Assembly: GCA_049318005.1 (NCBI GenBank)
Contig: JBMOHE010000004.1
Span: 1,480-65,479, forward strand
Length of the DNA: 64,000 nucleotides
Direction of reading: 5' to 3'
Origin: Patescibacteria group bacterium
Lineage (GTDB): Bacteria > Patescibacteriota > Patescibacteriia > Patescibacteriales > UBA12465
Under the pieces are notes generated by a model. It worked only from the letters and a program-made list of their open reading frames with translations, had not been told where the DNA came from and ran no database searches. Of this stretch, positions 55,995 to 64,000 are shown one piece after another. Position 1 is the first letter of the stretch. Each line of letters opens with the position of its first letter. The translations under genes and the position numbers were made by a program.

Positions 55995-58832
55995 TTAATA
56001 AACTACTATTTTAATTATATTATTTGCGTTTTTTCCATTATACTCATTAACCATCTCTTCAACCTCGAGCATTACTTCTTTGCTCATGCTATTTTTTTCG
56101 GAAATATGTATTGACTCAATAAGCGAAGTGCGTAATGGCCAATGAAACTGAGCCTCTAAATAGTTTGCTCCCCAATCCTGAGGTTTAGACGCCTGCTTAA
56201 TTAAACGCGGGTCATGTCTTTTTCCTAAACTTGAAAAATGGGGTTTTATAGAAGGAGTTGGAGGATTTTCATCGGCTGGACTAAGAGAGTCGTCAAAAGT
56301 TACCGTGGTTCTGTCCGCCACTTGTTCTTTTTTAAATTTTACGTGTATATTGCCATATCGACTAACCTTAGAGTGAACATTGTTTTCATCGAAGGAGCCT
56401 ACTATCCCATTCTCATTATCTGACATATATCCATAATTTGGTCTTACAGTCTCACCTTTATTTTCATCAACAACATAATTAAACATTTTATTTTCTTGCT
56501 CAGCGCGGTATCGAGGGTTAAGCGTCCCATTGCTAGAATGCGTTTCAAACTGGGTTTTAAATCGTCCGGCTGCTAAAATTTCTTTTAAAACAGAAGGATA
56601 AACCGCTTTAAAATAATCGGCATTATTTGTTGTTGCCTCTAGCCCTTGTTGAGCCTCTCTTTGCACTTGTTCTAAGGTAGCATTTTTATTAAGTGCGTAT
56701 TTAAAATAATCGAATAAATTTTTTTGCTCTGTTTTCTTTATATTCTCCTTAATCTTTCCTAATACTCGATTTGGTAATTTCAATCCACTGCTCTCTAACT
56801 GTTCAAAATACTCATTAGTAACTTTATGTTCGCCAGCTTCTATAACGAGAGCCTTTATGCGCTCAGCGTTCTTCTCCCAGCCTCCCGGGTAATTAACCGC
56901 TTGCCTAATAAATCCTTCCAACCCATTTTCGAAAAGACCGCTTGGCAATTCTTTAAAAAATTCTTCTTGCTCCTTGAATTCTTCTTTAAAAATCGTTCTA
57001 AATTTATGTATCAAGTATGGTGCGTCTTTTTTGACAATTTTTTTAAATATCTTTAATTCCTCTTCTGTTAATTCTGTGCTAGAAGACAATGATTTCATAG
57101 CGCTCAATGTCTTTTCTAACTTTTCGGGACTACTAGTAGCCTTTTCCAAAAGCAATCTATTTTGTTCTGACGATGGTTTAAAAGCCTCTCGATTAGCAAA
57201 TAAATTAGCTGCATCATAATTCAGTAATTTAGCAAAAATTTCATCCTTATTAGCTCCTAATTTTTTTAAATTATCCTCTGAATGTAAAACTTTGTAATTC
57301 TGGTCACTCATCAGTCTGTCAATTAAATAAGCTTTATGAAACTCACTGAGATTAAGCTCATCAAATTTAGCAAAAACTTCATTGGAATTATATTGTATTA
57401 AACTTCCATTAAGCTGATCACGTTCGTCTAGCGGCATTGAATCATACATATCCTTCATTATTCCCATTTGGGATAAGATAGCTCTATTATTATGCTTTTT
57501 ATATGATTCAAAGAGCGGTTTTAATACTTTTTCGAAATCTTGATCTTCAAAATCTTCAGCAGTATATTTAGCTATATATTCAGAGGCTCCTCTTTTCTTA
57601 TAAGTTTCTTCAACAATTCTAATCTTATCTTTAGATGAAAAATAATCATAACTGTTTTGATATTTTGAGCCAGACGCAAGTAAGTCTAAATTACCATCAA
57701 AAGCGGCCATAATTTTTTCTGAGTCAACAGCCCCTCTTGTCATCTTACTATATATATGAGCGCCTATCCCTGATATATCCTTATCTTTAAGAAATTCATT
57801 TGGTATATTTTTATATTCAGTTAAAGCATTCTCTAATAAACCTTCAGTTTCGTCATGATAAAAGCCCGCAACATTTATTAAATGATATTTAAGTGCATTA
57901 AAAATTCTTTCTTCTATACTCTGTCTTTTTTCATCAGCTATTTGGTCCTTGAACTTTAAAAAATAGTCGACTGCCTTAGCAACTTGTTTACAGTCTCCAT
58001 CATCCTCCTTAAGCAGTTCCTCTAACTCTTCAACAATTTTTTCTGTCGACAATCCGGATTCCCTTAATTTACGAATTCTAATCGCTTCTAAAACCTCCTT
58101 CTCTAAATTTTCTCTATCGTCTCCTACTAGCAAATCTTTATGTTTTTCAAAATAATCAGCTGCTTGTTCGGCGTCTTTATAATCATGTTTAAGATAATCA
58201 AATTCTAGAAATTTTCGTAATTCTTCAACTGTTTTTTCAGATAGCGCTTCAGCTTTTCTTTGTTCGTGAATTTTAACCGCTTCTAGGACCTCAATTTCTA
58301 GTTTTTTTCTATCTTCTCCTACTAGTAAATCTTTATGTTTTTCAAAATATTCTAACGCTTTGTCAGCATCCTTATAATCCAATCCCGCAACTCTCAAATC
58401 AACGCTCAAAAACTCATGCAACCTCTCAGCCGTTATTTTCGAGACAATCTCTGCATTCTTTTCCTCAGCCAAACTCGTAAGCTTCGATCCTGGAAGATAT
58501 TTCTTTAAAAGATCCGCAGACTTGAGTCTGATTTTTCCGACTAATGAGTCGGCTAATATTTGCCTTGCTAATTCAGCCTGTTTGTTTAGTTCAGCTAGCG
58601 CTGTTTTTGTTTCCTGGTCGACTTCCCCTTCCATTTCAGACGCAATAATCTCCGCCATTGGCAGACCTGAAGATACGAATTCATCAAGATCAGTTTTTGA
58701 ATCTTCTAGCATCAAGTCAAACTCGGCCATATCTTCTTCAAGAGAAGATTCTTTCTTGGGCAATTCTGGTGATTCTGCGCCCTTCGCATGTTTTATTTTT
58801 TTTTCTAATACTTCAGGCATATTTTTTGGCAT
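55995..58832 (-). CDS. Large hypothetical protein (945 aa) with internal ~65-aa repeats
   Basis: Long ORF with no signal peptide. Repeated DYKDA..YFEKHKDLLVG(E/D)DR..LE.EVLEA block. The C-terminal ~200 aa form a compact domain (..RYGNIHVKFK..TVTFDDS..YLEAQFHWPL..) that I cannot assign. Confidence 0.7.
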   Translation of the reverse strand: MPKNMPEVLEKKIKHAKGAESPELPKKESSLEEDMAEFDLMLEDSKTDLDEFVSSGLPMAEIIASEMEGEVDQETKTALAELNKQAELARQILADSLVGKIRLKSADLLKKYLPGSKLTSLAEEKNAEIVSKITAERLHEFLSVDLRVAGLDYKDADKALEYFEKHKDLLVGEDRKKLEIEVLEAVKIHEQRKAEALSEKTVEELRKFLEFDYLKHDYKDAEQAADYFEKHKDLLVGDDRENLEKEVLEAIRIRKLRESGLSTEKIVEELEELLKEDDGDCKQVAKAVDYFLKFKDQIADEKRQSIEERIFNALKYHLINVAGFYHDETEGLLENALTEYKNIPNEFLKDKDISGIGAHIYSKMTRGAVDSEKIMAAFDGNLDLLASGSKYQNSYDYFSSKDKIRIVEETYKKRGASEYIAKYTAEDFEDQDFEKVLKPLFESYKKHNNRAILSQMGIMKDMYDSMPLDERDQLNGSLIQYNSNEVFAKFDELNLSEFHKAYLIDRLMSDQNYKVLHSEDNLKKLGANKDEIFAKLLNYDAANLFANREAFKPSSEQNRLLLEKATSSPEKLEKTLSAMKSLSSSTELTEEELKIFKKIVKKDAPYLIHKFRTIFKEEFKEQEEFFKELPSGLFENGLEGFIRQAVNYPGGWEKNAERIKALVIEAGEHKVTNEYFEQLESSGLKLPNRVLGKIKENIKKTEQKNLFDYFKYALNKNATLEQVQREAQQGLEATTNNADYFKAVYPSVLKEILAAGRFKTQFETHSSNGTLNPRYRAEQENKMFNYVVDENKGETVRPNYGYMSDNENGIVGSFDENNVHSKVSRYGNIHVKFKKEQVADRTTVTFDDSLSPADENPPTPSIKPHFSSLGKRHDPRLIKQASKPQDWGANYLEAQFHWPLRTSLIESIHISEKNSMSKEVMLEVEEMVNEYNGKNANNIIKIVVY

Positions 58833-59038
58833 TTATCATTTAGATAATTTTTTATTGATTTGATCAATTTTTTTAGCCGTTACTTTTTGTGAAAAATTAT
58901 TCAAAATCAAGCTCTGTTTTTTTCTTAACATAAGCATTTTGCCTTTGAATTCTTTAAAAGGTTTCTCTAGTTCCGGAAAGCTATTTTTTGATTTTGAATT
59001 ACCTATCACAAACAAATTTATTTATTAAATTAAATATT

Positions 59039-61060
59039 TTATTCTTCTTCTGGGGATTTAGCATCCTCTTTATAGGCTAGTCTCCAGCCCATAAGATAAG
59101 CAGTGTCCGAACGGGCCTCAACTATTAGTTCATCGCCCGCTTGTATTAGGCTACTGTCTGATAATGGGCCACCCGCGAATATTCCTTGAGGAGGAATATT
59201 TATATTCTCCATAAACCATTCTATATCACCAGAATTTGCGCGTTTAATGCCGGCCCATAACTTAGCATAACCCAAACGAGTATGACGGCCCGTCTTTGGA
59301 TTAATTTCTTTTAAATGCTCCGTATCACCCACGGCAACTTCAATTTGAACAAGCTCCTTGCCTGGTTCCAATTTAATAAAAAGTTTGCCATCTCGCATTT
59401 CAGCTTCAGGGCCTGCATCTTTGGCTAGTTCATATAAAGACTCTCTTGATTTATTTAAGGCAACCGCTCCAATATACTTACCTTCGGTGTTAGAGCCACC
59501 GCCATACTTAGGTAGAGTTTTCCCTTTTTCTAAATCTATAAATTCGGTTCCTTGGCAATAAACTTGCTCTTGATATTTAACATTTTTTTCTTCAGGAAAA
59601 AATATAACTTCAATTCCATGAACGTTAGCCGTACTATATTCTTCATGCTGGCCTACGTTTGTTAACCTAATTGCATCTGGCTTTATTTCTCCAACCATTG
59701 CCACCCAATCATGTAATACTTCATGTTCTGGACTGCTTGCTGAACGAGGTTCTGCAAACTTATCAGTCTTATATCCTTTTGGATCTTTCCATTGCTGCCA
59801 CTGATCACTTTCGCTATTGTGCAATTCCACTCTCGTATACGCGCCATGAGGGTCCCAGCGATCTGCTCCAATATCAACTCTATACTTCTCGCCTTTGCGA
59901 TGACGCAAAATAACATCGCGCACAATTCTATTTTTAAATTCATCAGGGACAACAAAAGCTAGACGACGCCCTGGTTTTAACTCCTGACCATCATAATCAG
60001 GCATCTCATAATTAATACTCATTTGAGAAAGAATTCTCGGTTTATCGAAGATGGTGTCTACGCTAGAGTCCTGCTCTAAAATTTCTTTAATATTGGAAAC
60101 TACATTTTCCTTATTTTCCTTTGATTCTATTTTAAAGTGTTTTATTAAAAATTGGCGCCTACCTTTTAAACCAGTTTTAAGAGTTTCGGCCATTTCTTCA
60201 GAACAGCCTGACTGCTCAATAATTTTATCAATATCCTCTTCGGACAAAGCATTAATTAATTTTTCAGCTTGTTGGCGCATATTCTCTTCAGTAATATCTC
60301 CAAATACTCTTCCTGAAGGAAAATTTAAATCTCGCATGTTTTTTAATTCAGGTATTTGATCAGACGGATATTCTTTTTGACCACCCCTAGCTCGAAACGT
60401 TAAAGAACCTCCATTATCAATACGGTACATTTTACCATCTTCGCCCTTAACTAAATTATCATAACTAGCTCCAGTCACGTCCCAATTGGCCAAATAGGCA
60501 TCAGCCACAAAACCAGAGCGAATTTCTTCGCTTTGTTTTACTTCATCTTCATATACAGACTTAGCCCCAGATATTTCTGATGAAGCGATCGCCTCTTCAT
60601 TATCCACGGTCTTAAGCTCTGATTCAACGGTATTTATACCAAGTTTTTTATATATAGCATTGGCAATATACTCCACTCGTGCCTGATCAAAATTCTTGTA
60701 AAATTTAACGTAAAATTTTTCCTTGGAAGCGCTATCCTCATACCAGCCACCACGATTAGATCCTAATTGTTCACTTATCTTTGCAAAAGAAGATTCAGTA
60801 ATTTGTTCTGCCTCGATCTTTAACTCCTCTATTTCGGCCTTTACTTCTGGCTCTTCGACAAAAGTAGCAACTTCGTCTAATTTTTTCTCTAAACTTCCAT
60901 AATTGCTCTTAAATTCTAAAAGAAGTTTATTCTTAATTCTAGAAAACCAATTAACTTCACTTTCAGCAATTTGGCCCTCTTGATTAAAAAGTTTACTGGC
61001 GGTTTCAGGTGAACTAAAATTCGATGATATTTCTGCGCTTTTTCCAAAATTAATAGCCAT
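59039..61060 (-). CDS. Large hypothetical protein (673 aa) with possible atypical kinase-like region
   Basis: Long ORF with no signal peptide. Residues ~100-240 contain FYVKFY..ADAYLANWDVTGASYDNLV..MYRIDNGGSL, reminiscent of PI3/4-kinase-type catalytic and DxG segments. Weak, from memory. Confidence 0.7.
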   Translation of the reverse strand: MAINFGKSAEISSNFSSPETASKLFNQEGQIAESEVNWFSRIKNKLLLEFKSNYGSLEKKLDEVATFVEEPEVKAEIEELKIEAEQITESSFAKISEQLGSNRGGWYEDSASKEKFYVKFYKNFDQARVEYIANAIYKKLGINTVESELKTVDNEEAIASSEISGAKSVYEDEVKQSEEIRSGFVADAYLANWDVTGASYDNLVKGEDGKMYRIDNGGSLTFRARGGQKEYPSDQIPELKNMRDLNFPSGRVFGDITEENMRQQAEKLINALSEEDIDKIIEQSGCSEEMAETLKTGLKGRRQFLIKHFKIESKENKENVVSNIKEILEQDSSVDTIFDKPRILSQMSINYEMPDYDGQELKPGRRLAFVVPDEFKNRIVRDVILRHRKGEKYRVDIGADRWDPHGAYTRVELHNSESDQWQQWKDPKGYKTDKFAEPRSASSPEHEVLHDWVAMVGEIKPDAIRLTNVGQHEEYSTANVHGIEVIFFPEEKNVKYQEQVYCQGTEFIDLEKGKTLPKYGGGSNTEGKYIGAVALNKSRESLYELAKDAGPEAEMRDGKLFIKLEPGKELVQIEVAVGDTEHLKEINPKTGRHTRLGYAKLWAGIKRANSGDIEWFMENINIPPQGIFAGGPLSDSSLIQAGDELIVEARSDTAYLMGWRLAYKEDAKSPEEE

Positions 61061-61070
61061 ATTATTAAAT

Positions 61071-61265
61071 TTATAATTGTTTACGAATTTGATCTATCTC
61101 GATAGCCTCGGCTTTTTTGCCAATCTCGTCTAAGCGTCTGCCTAAACTATCAAGAAGACGTTGAATTTCTTCTATATTTTTTTTTGGCAATCTTTTAAAT
61201 TGTATTTTAGTAGTAGACTTCATATTTATTAAGATTATATCATTAAAATATATAATCCGAAACAT
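61071..61265 (-). CDS. Small helical protein upstream of the 673-aa gene
   Basis: ORF ends 10 nt before the 673-aa start. A likelier start is the internal MKSTTKIQ at 61223 (50 aa). Confidence 0.4.
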   Translation of the reverse strand: MFRIIYFNDIILINMKSTTKIQFKRLPKKNIEEIQRLLDSLGRRLDEIGKKAEAIEIDQIRKQL

Positions 61266-61293
61266 TTTTTATAATCTTTACATTATTATAATA

Positions 61294-61698
61294 ATGTGTC
61301 ACACTAGCCTATTAAATAGTAAATTGTTCTTAAAAATTAAAATATTTGTATCACCTAAAATTAGTATAATGGAGAGAGATGTTTTCTTTGTTTTTTATGG
61401 TTTGGCTGAAACGATAAACGCCATTTATGTTTATCGCCTAAAAAAAGAGTGGTTCAACTTATGGGCAACTTCTTTGTGGGGAATCAGTTTTGTTCTTGTG
61501 GGGATGGCCGACGTGCTTGATCTATCTATATCTTTAAAAATTGCCGCCTGCGTATTATTTGGATTAACCTGGTTTCCAATGATGGGAACCCCTTGCGCTA
61601 TAAAATTTTTAAGGAAGAATCAGAAGACATTACTTCTGAGAAAAATAATGTTTGCTATTATCGGAGCAGCCATTTTAATAATTGCATTCTATAAATAA
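61294..61698 (+). CDS. Small integral membrane protein
   Basis: Four hydrophobic segments. Alternative start at ATG 61369. No SD at either start. Confidence 0.5.
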   Translation: MCHTSLLNSKLFLKIKIFVSPKISIMERDVFFVFYGLAETINAIYVYRLKKEWFNLWATSLWGISFVLVGMADVLDLSISLKIAACVLFGLTWFPMMGTPCAIKFLRKNQKTLLLRKIMFAIIGAAILIIAFYK

Positions 61699-61787
61699 GA
61701 ACTTACAGGGTCGAGATTCCATAATCTTGGCCCTTTTTAATAAGAAAGAAGGCGGGAGCCTTCTTTCTTATTTATTCAACTATTATT

Positions 61788-63986
61788 TTATTCTTTTCCA
61801 CTCAACTTCGCTTCTAAAGATTTAAATTCATTATATTTAGCAACCAGTCCAACCGGAACCTCTTTATCAATAAAGTTTGACAACTCTTTCCTCAAATCAT
61901 TAAATATTTCGTTGGCTTTACCATTAGCTCTTTGGATATTTTTCATCTTTCCTACTTCTGAGTACTCATCGCGAGTGCCAACGCTATAATACTTCTTTTT
62001 ACGCGCCTCATCCTTTTCTTCTCTTAATCTCGTAATTTTTTCTTCTAAACTGATTTTTTCAGTCTCTGAATTTTCTAAATCTCTTTTTAACTTATCTTTG
62101 CCGAACCAAGGGTTAGCTGATTTTTTATTATCAATATCCTTAATTTTATCTTGTAATTTTTTCTCTTCCACCTCGATTTCCTTTTCCAAGTCTACGGCTT
62201 TTTTCTCAAAAGAAGGTACAGAAACATACGACCCGCCGAAATGTAATTCTTCATCCTGAGGTAACTCTGCCTGCAAATTAATAATAGTTTTCATTAAATC
62301 ACTGGCATCTTGTTTATTTGTTTCAATATTGCGAATAAATGATTCTATGCTTGAAAAACTAATTGAATCTGGCCTATCACCCACTCCTTCTTCAACTGCT
62401 AATTTTTTAAGTTCAACTAAATTAATTTGATATTGAACAATTTCTTTCACCTTATCAGAAATTCTCTTTTCAACCTGATTACTTTCATTAATTTTTTTAT
62501 CTAAATAATCCAATGCCTCATTATAACTTTTACTAACAGCCATCAATTTAAGGGTTGTTTCTATGTTACTGCCTTTCTCAAACTCAAATCTTGCCTCAGC
62601 TTGCAAATCTGTTTTAATTGCTTGTTTGGCGAAATTCCCAACATAAATATCAGATTTCCCGTTTGATAAAAAATCATTAACATCTTCTTCGGTTTTAAGA
62701 TTTTTTACAACTTCAATAAGTTTACTCAAAGACTCTAGTCTTGATGCAATTATTTTTTGTAGTTTTTTAAAATCATATTTTGGTGGAAAACTATTCTTAT
62801 TTAATTCATTAAAAAGATCTTCTACGCCCCCATCTCTATAAGTGCCAGAACGACTGTACGCCTCGAGGCCAATTATTTCTTCATAAGGAGCTCCATAGTT
62901 TGATGCATAATCTGGACTAAAATCAATCCCCTTAGCTTTTAACTCTTCAGATTTTTCCTTTATAATACTTAGAAATTCATTTTGTTTTACTTCAAACTCA
63001 ACTAGAGTTTTTTGGGCGCGGTTATTTTCTTCAGGACTTATTGAATCTAATTGACTACGCAAAAAAGTTGTGTGATCTCTTTTATCAATTTTTGCAAATT
63101 CTTCATGAATCTTATTTTGAAAATTCTTTTCTAGAGCCGCATTGGCAATTTCTTTCCCATAGTAATATTTTTTATTTTCAAAACTATCAGGAATAGCTTT
63201 TAATTTATAGTAATCTTCCAAAATGGTCTTATCGCCAAAAAATTTAAAACGTAAATTATTACTACCAGACTCACCCGCTTTTTTAAAATCAAAGTTATAA
63301 TAAGAATCCTCTTTATCGCGATTAAAACCAGCGTCATGTATTTTGTCATGTGATCCTTGACCCATATACATGAAATTTCCGGTCTCTTTAGAAAATTCCT
63401 CGGCTAATAAACCTATAAACTCTTCTTTCCCTTCTGGGGTCTTTAATTTTTCTTGAGTTAATTCTTGATTAACTAGCTCAAGTTTTTTCCCAATCTGTTG
63501 ACTAGCTCTTTCATAAGAAAATTTTTCATCATCAATTTCAATGCCAAACTCGGCTAATTTTTCTTTTAATTTGTCGTCTGAAAGTTTTAATCCCTCACCT
63601 CGCTTTAAAGCTTTTTTATAATTAACAACTTCCTCTTCTTCGGAAAATTCTGGGTTAGTCATCAGCTGCTCTTTGGTTTCAACGCCAACGCTAGCAAGCG
63701 CTTCTTTATGCTCATTCATTAAGCCTTCAAGTTGAGAATCTTCTTTTTTGATTTTTTTATCAGTATTTAAAGCATAGTCTTTCATCCCTTCATGATCAGC
63801 CGGATTATTTATATCTTCAAAATCTAAAGAACCCTTTAGAATCTCCAAGGATTTTTTTTCTTTATCAAGTTTTTTAATATTTGCTCTAACCGGTTTTAAT
63901 TCCGCCGTCTGTTCAACCGATTTCTTTTCTTGCTTTTCGGTTTCTACTTTTTGAGTTAGAGCGCCTAATTTGTCTTTAAGAGCCAT
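61788..63986 (-). CDS. Large hypothetical coiled-coil-rich protein (732 aa)
   Basis: Long ORF, K/E-rich with heptad-like stretches at both ends. No signal peptide and no recognisable catalytic motif. Confidence 0.7.
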   Translation of the reverse strand: MALKDKLGALTQKVETEKQEKKSVEQTAELKPVRANIKKLDKEKKSLEILKGSLDFEDINNPADHEGMKDYALNTDKKIKKEDSQLEGLMNEHKEALASVGVETKEQLMTNPEFSEEEEVVNYKKALKRGEGLKLSDDKLKEKLAEFGIEIDDEKFSYERASQQIGKKLELVNQELTQEKLKTPEGKEEFIGLLAEEFSKETGNFMYMGQGSHDKIHDAGFNRDKEDSYYNFDFKKAGESGSNNLRFKFFGDKTILEDYYKLKAIPDSFENKKYYYGKEIANAALEKNFQNKIHEEFAKIDKRDHTTFLRSQLDSISPEENNRAQKTLVEFEVKQNEFLSIIKEKSEELKAKGIDFSPDYASNYGAPYEEIIGLEAYSRSGTYRDGGVEDLFNELNKNSFPPKYDFKKLQKIIASRLESLSKLIEVVKNLKTEEDVNDFLSNGKSDIYVGNFAKQAIKTDLQAEARFEFEKGSNIETTLKLMAVSKSYNEALDYLDKKINESNQVEKRISDKVKEIVQYQINLVELKKLAVEEGVGDRPDSISFSSIESFIRNIETNKQDASDLMKTIINLQAELPQDEELHFGGSYVSVPSFEKKAVDLEKEIEVEEKKLQDKIKDIDNKKSANPWFGKDKLKRDLENSETEKISLEEKITRLREEKDEARKKKYYSVGTRDEYSEVGKMKNIQRANGKANEIFNDLRKELSNFIDKEVPVGLVAKYNEFKSLEAKLSGKE

Positions 63987-64000
63987 AAAATTACTATAAA

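Noticed and set aside
1-64000. Search for CRISPR arrays, rRNA genes, transposase-flanked IS elements and prophage structural modules
   Set aside because: I saw no regularly spaced direct repeats, no rRNA-like conserved blocks, no DDE transposase ORFs, and no capsid, terminase or tail genes on reading through.

Overview
The window is visibly AT-rich, gene-dense bacterial DNA read with the standard code. Its gene content suggests a streamlined, uncultivated lineage, possibly CPR/Patescibacteria-like. That placement is inference only, and an OMP-like protein and a T9SS-like C-terminal domain argue for caution. Most of the window is housekeeping, largely on the - strand: rnhA (partial), recJ, lepA, murJ, a GT2 plus GT-C/TPR glycosyltransferase pair, ADP-forming acetyl-CoA synthetase, rpoC, rpoB, a Mur ligase, ftsK, a CDF transporter, an alpha-glucan cluster (GH57, glgA, a kinase-like gene, a pyruvyl-transferase-like gene), ruvC, yebC and a LysM/M23 peptidase. 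On the + strand lie polA, murD, murI, holA and a four-tRNA cluster (Ile-GAU, an initiator-like CAU, Phe-GAA, Pro-UGG). The accessory region begins at tRNA-Ala(UGC) (36098-36170). It carries a large serine recombinase whose ORF reads antisense into the tRNA, two tiny paralogous ORFs, an HUH rolling-circle Rep next to a GC-rich long hairpin, and an HTH protein. It also holds a complete diversity-generating retroelement (DGR). The DGR comprises a reverse transcriptase (40177-~41163, -), an Avd gene on the opposite strand (41170-41556, +), a 115-bp template repeat (41553-41667), and two paralogous small target genes with variable repeats at 42005-42119 and 42801-42915. All 23 TR/VR differences fall on TR adenines in - strand sense. 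Just beyond the DGR are a strongly signalled small hydrophobic/polybasic ORF, an Upf1/DNA2-like SF1 helicase with a ~340-aa unknown N-terminal region, and a dGTPase-family HD hydrolase. The right end (55995-63986) holds three large signal-less hypothetical proteins. I found no rRNA genes and no CRISPR array.
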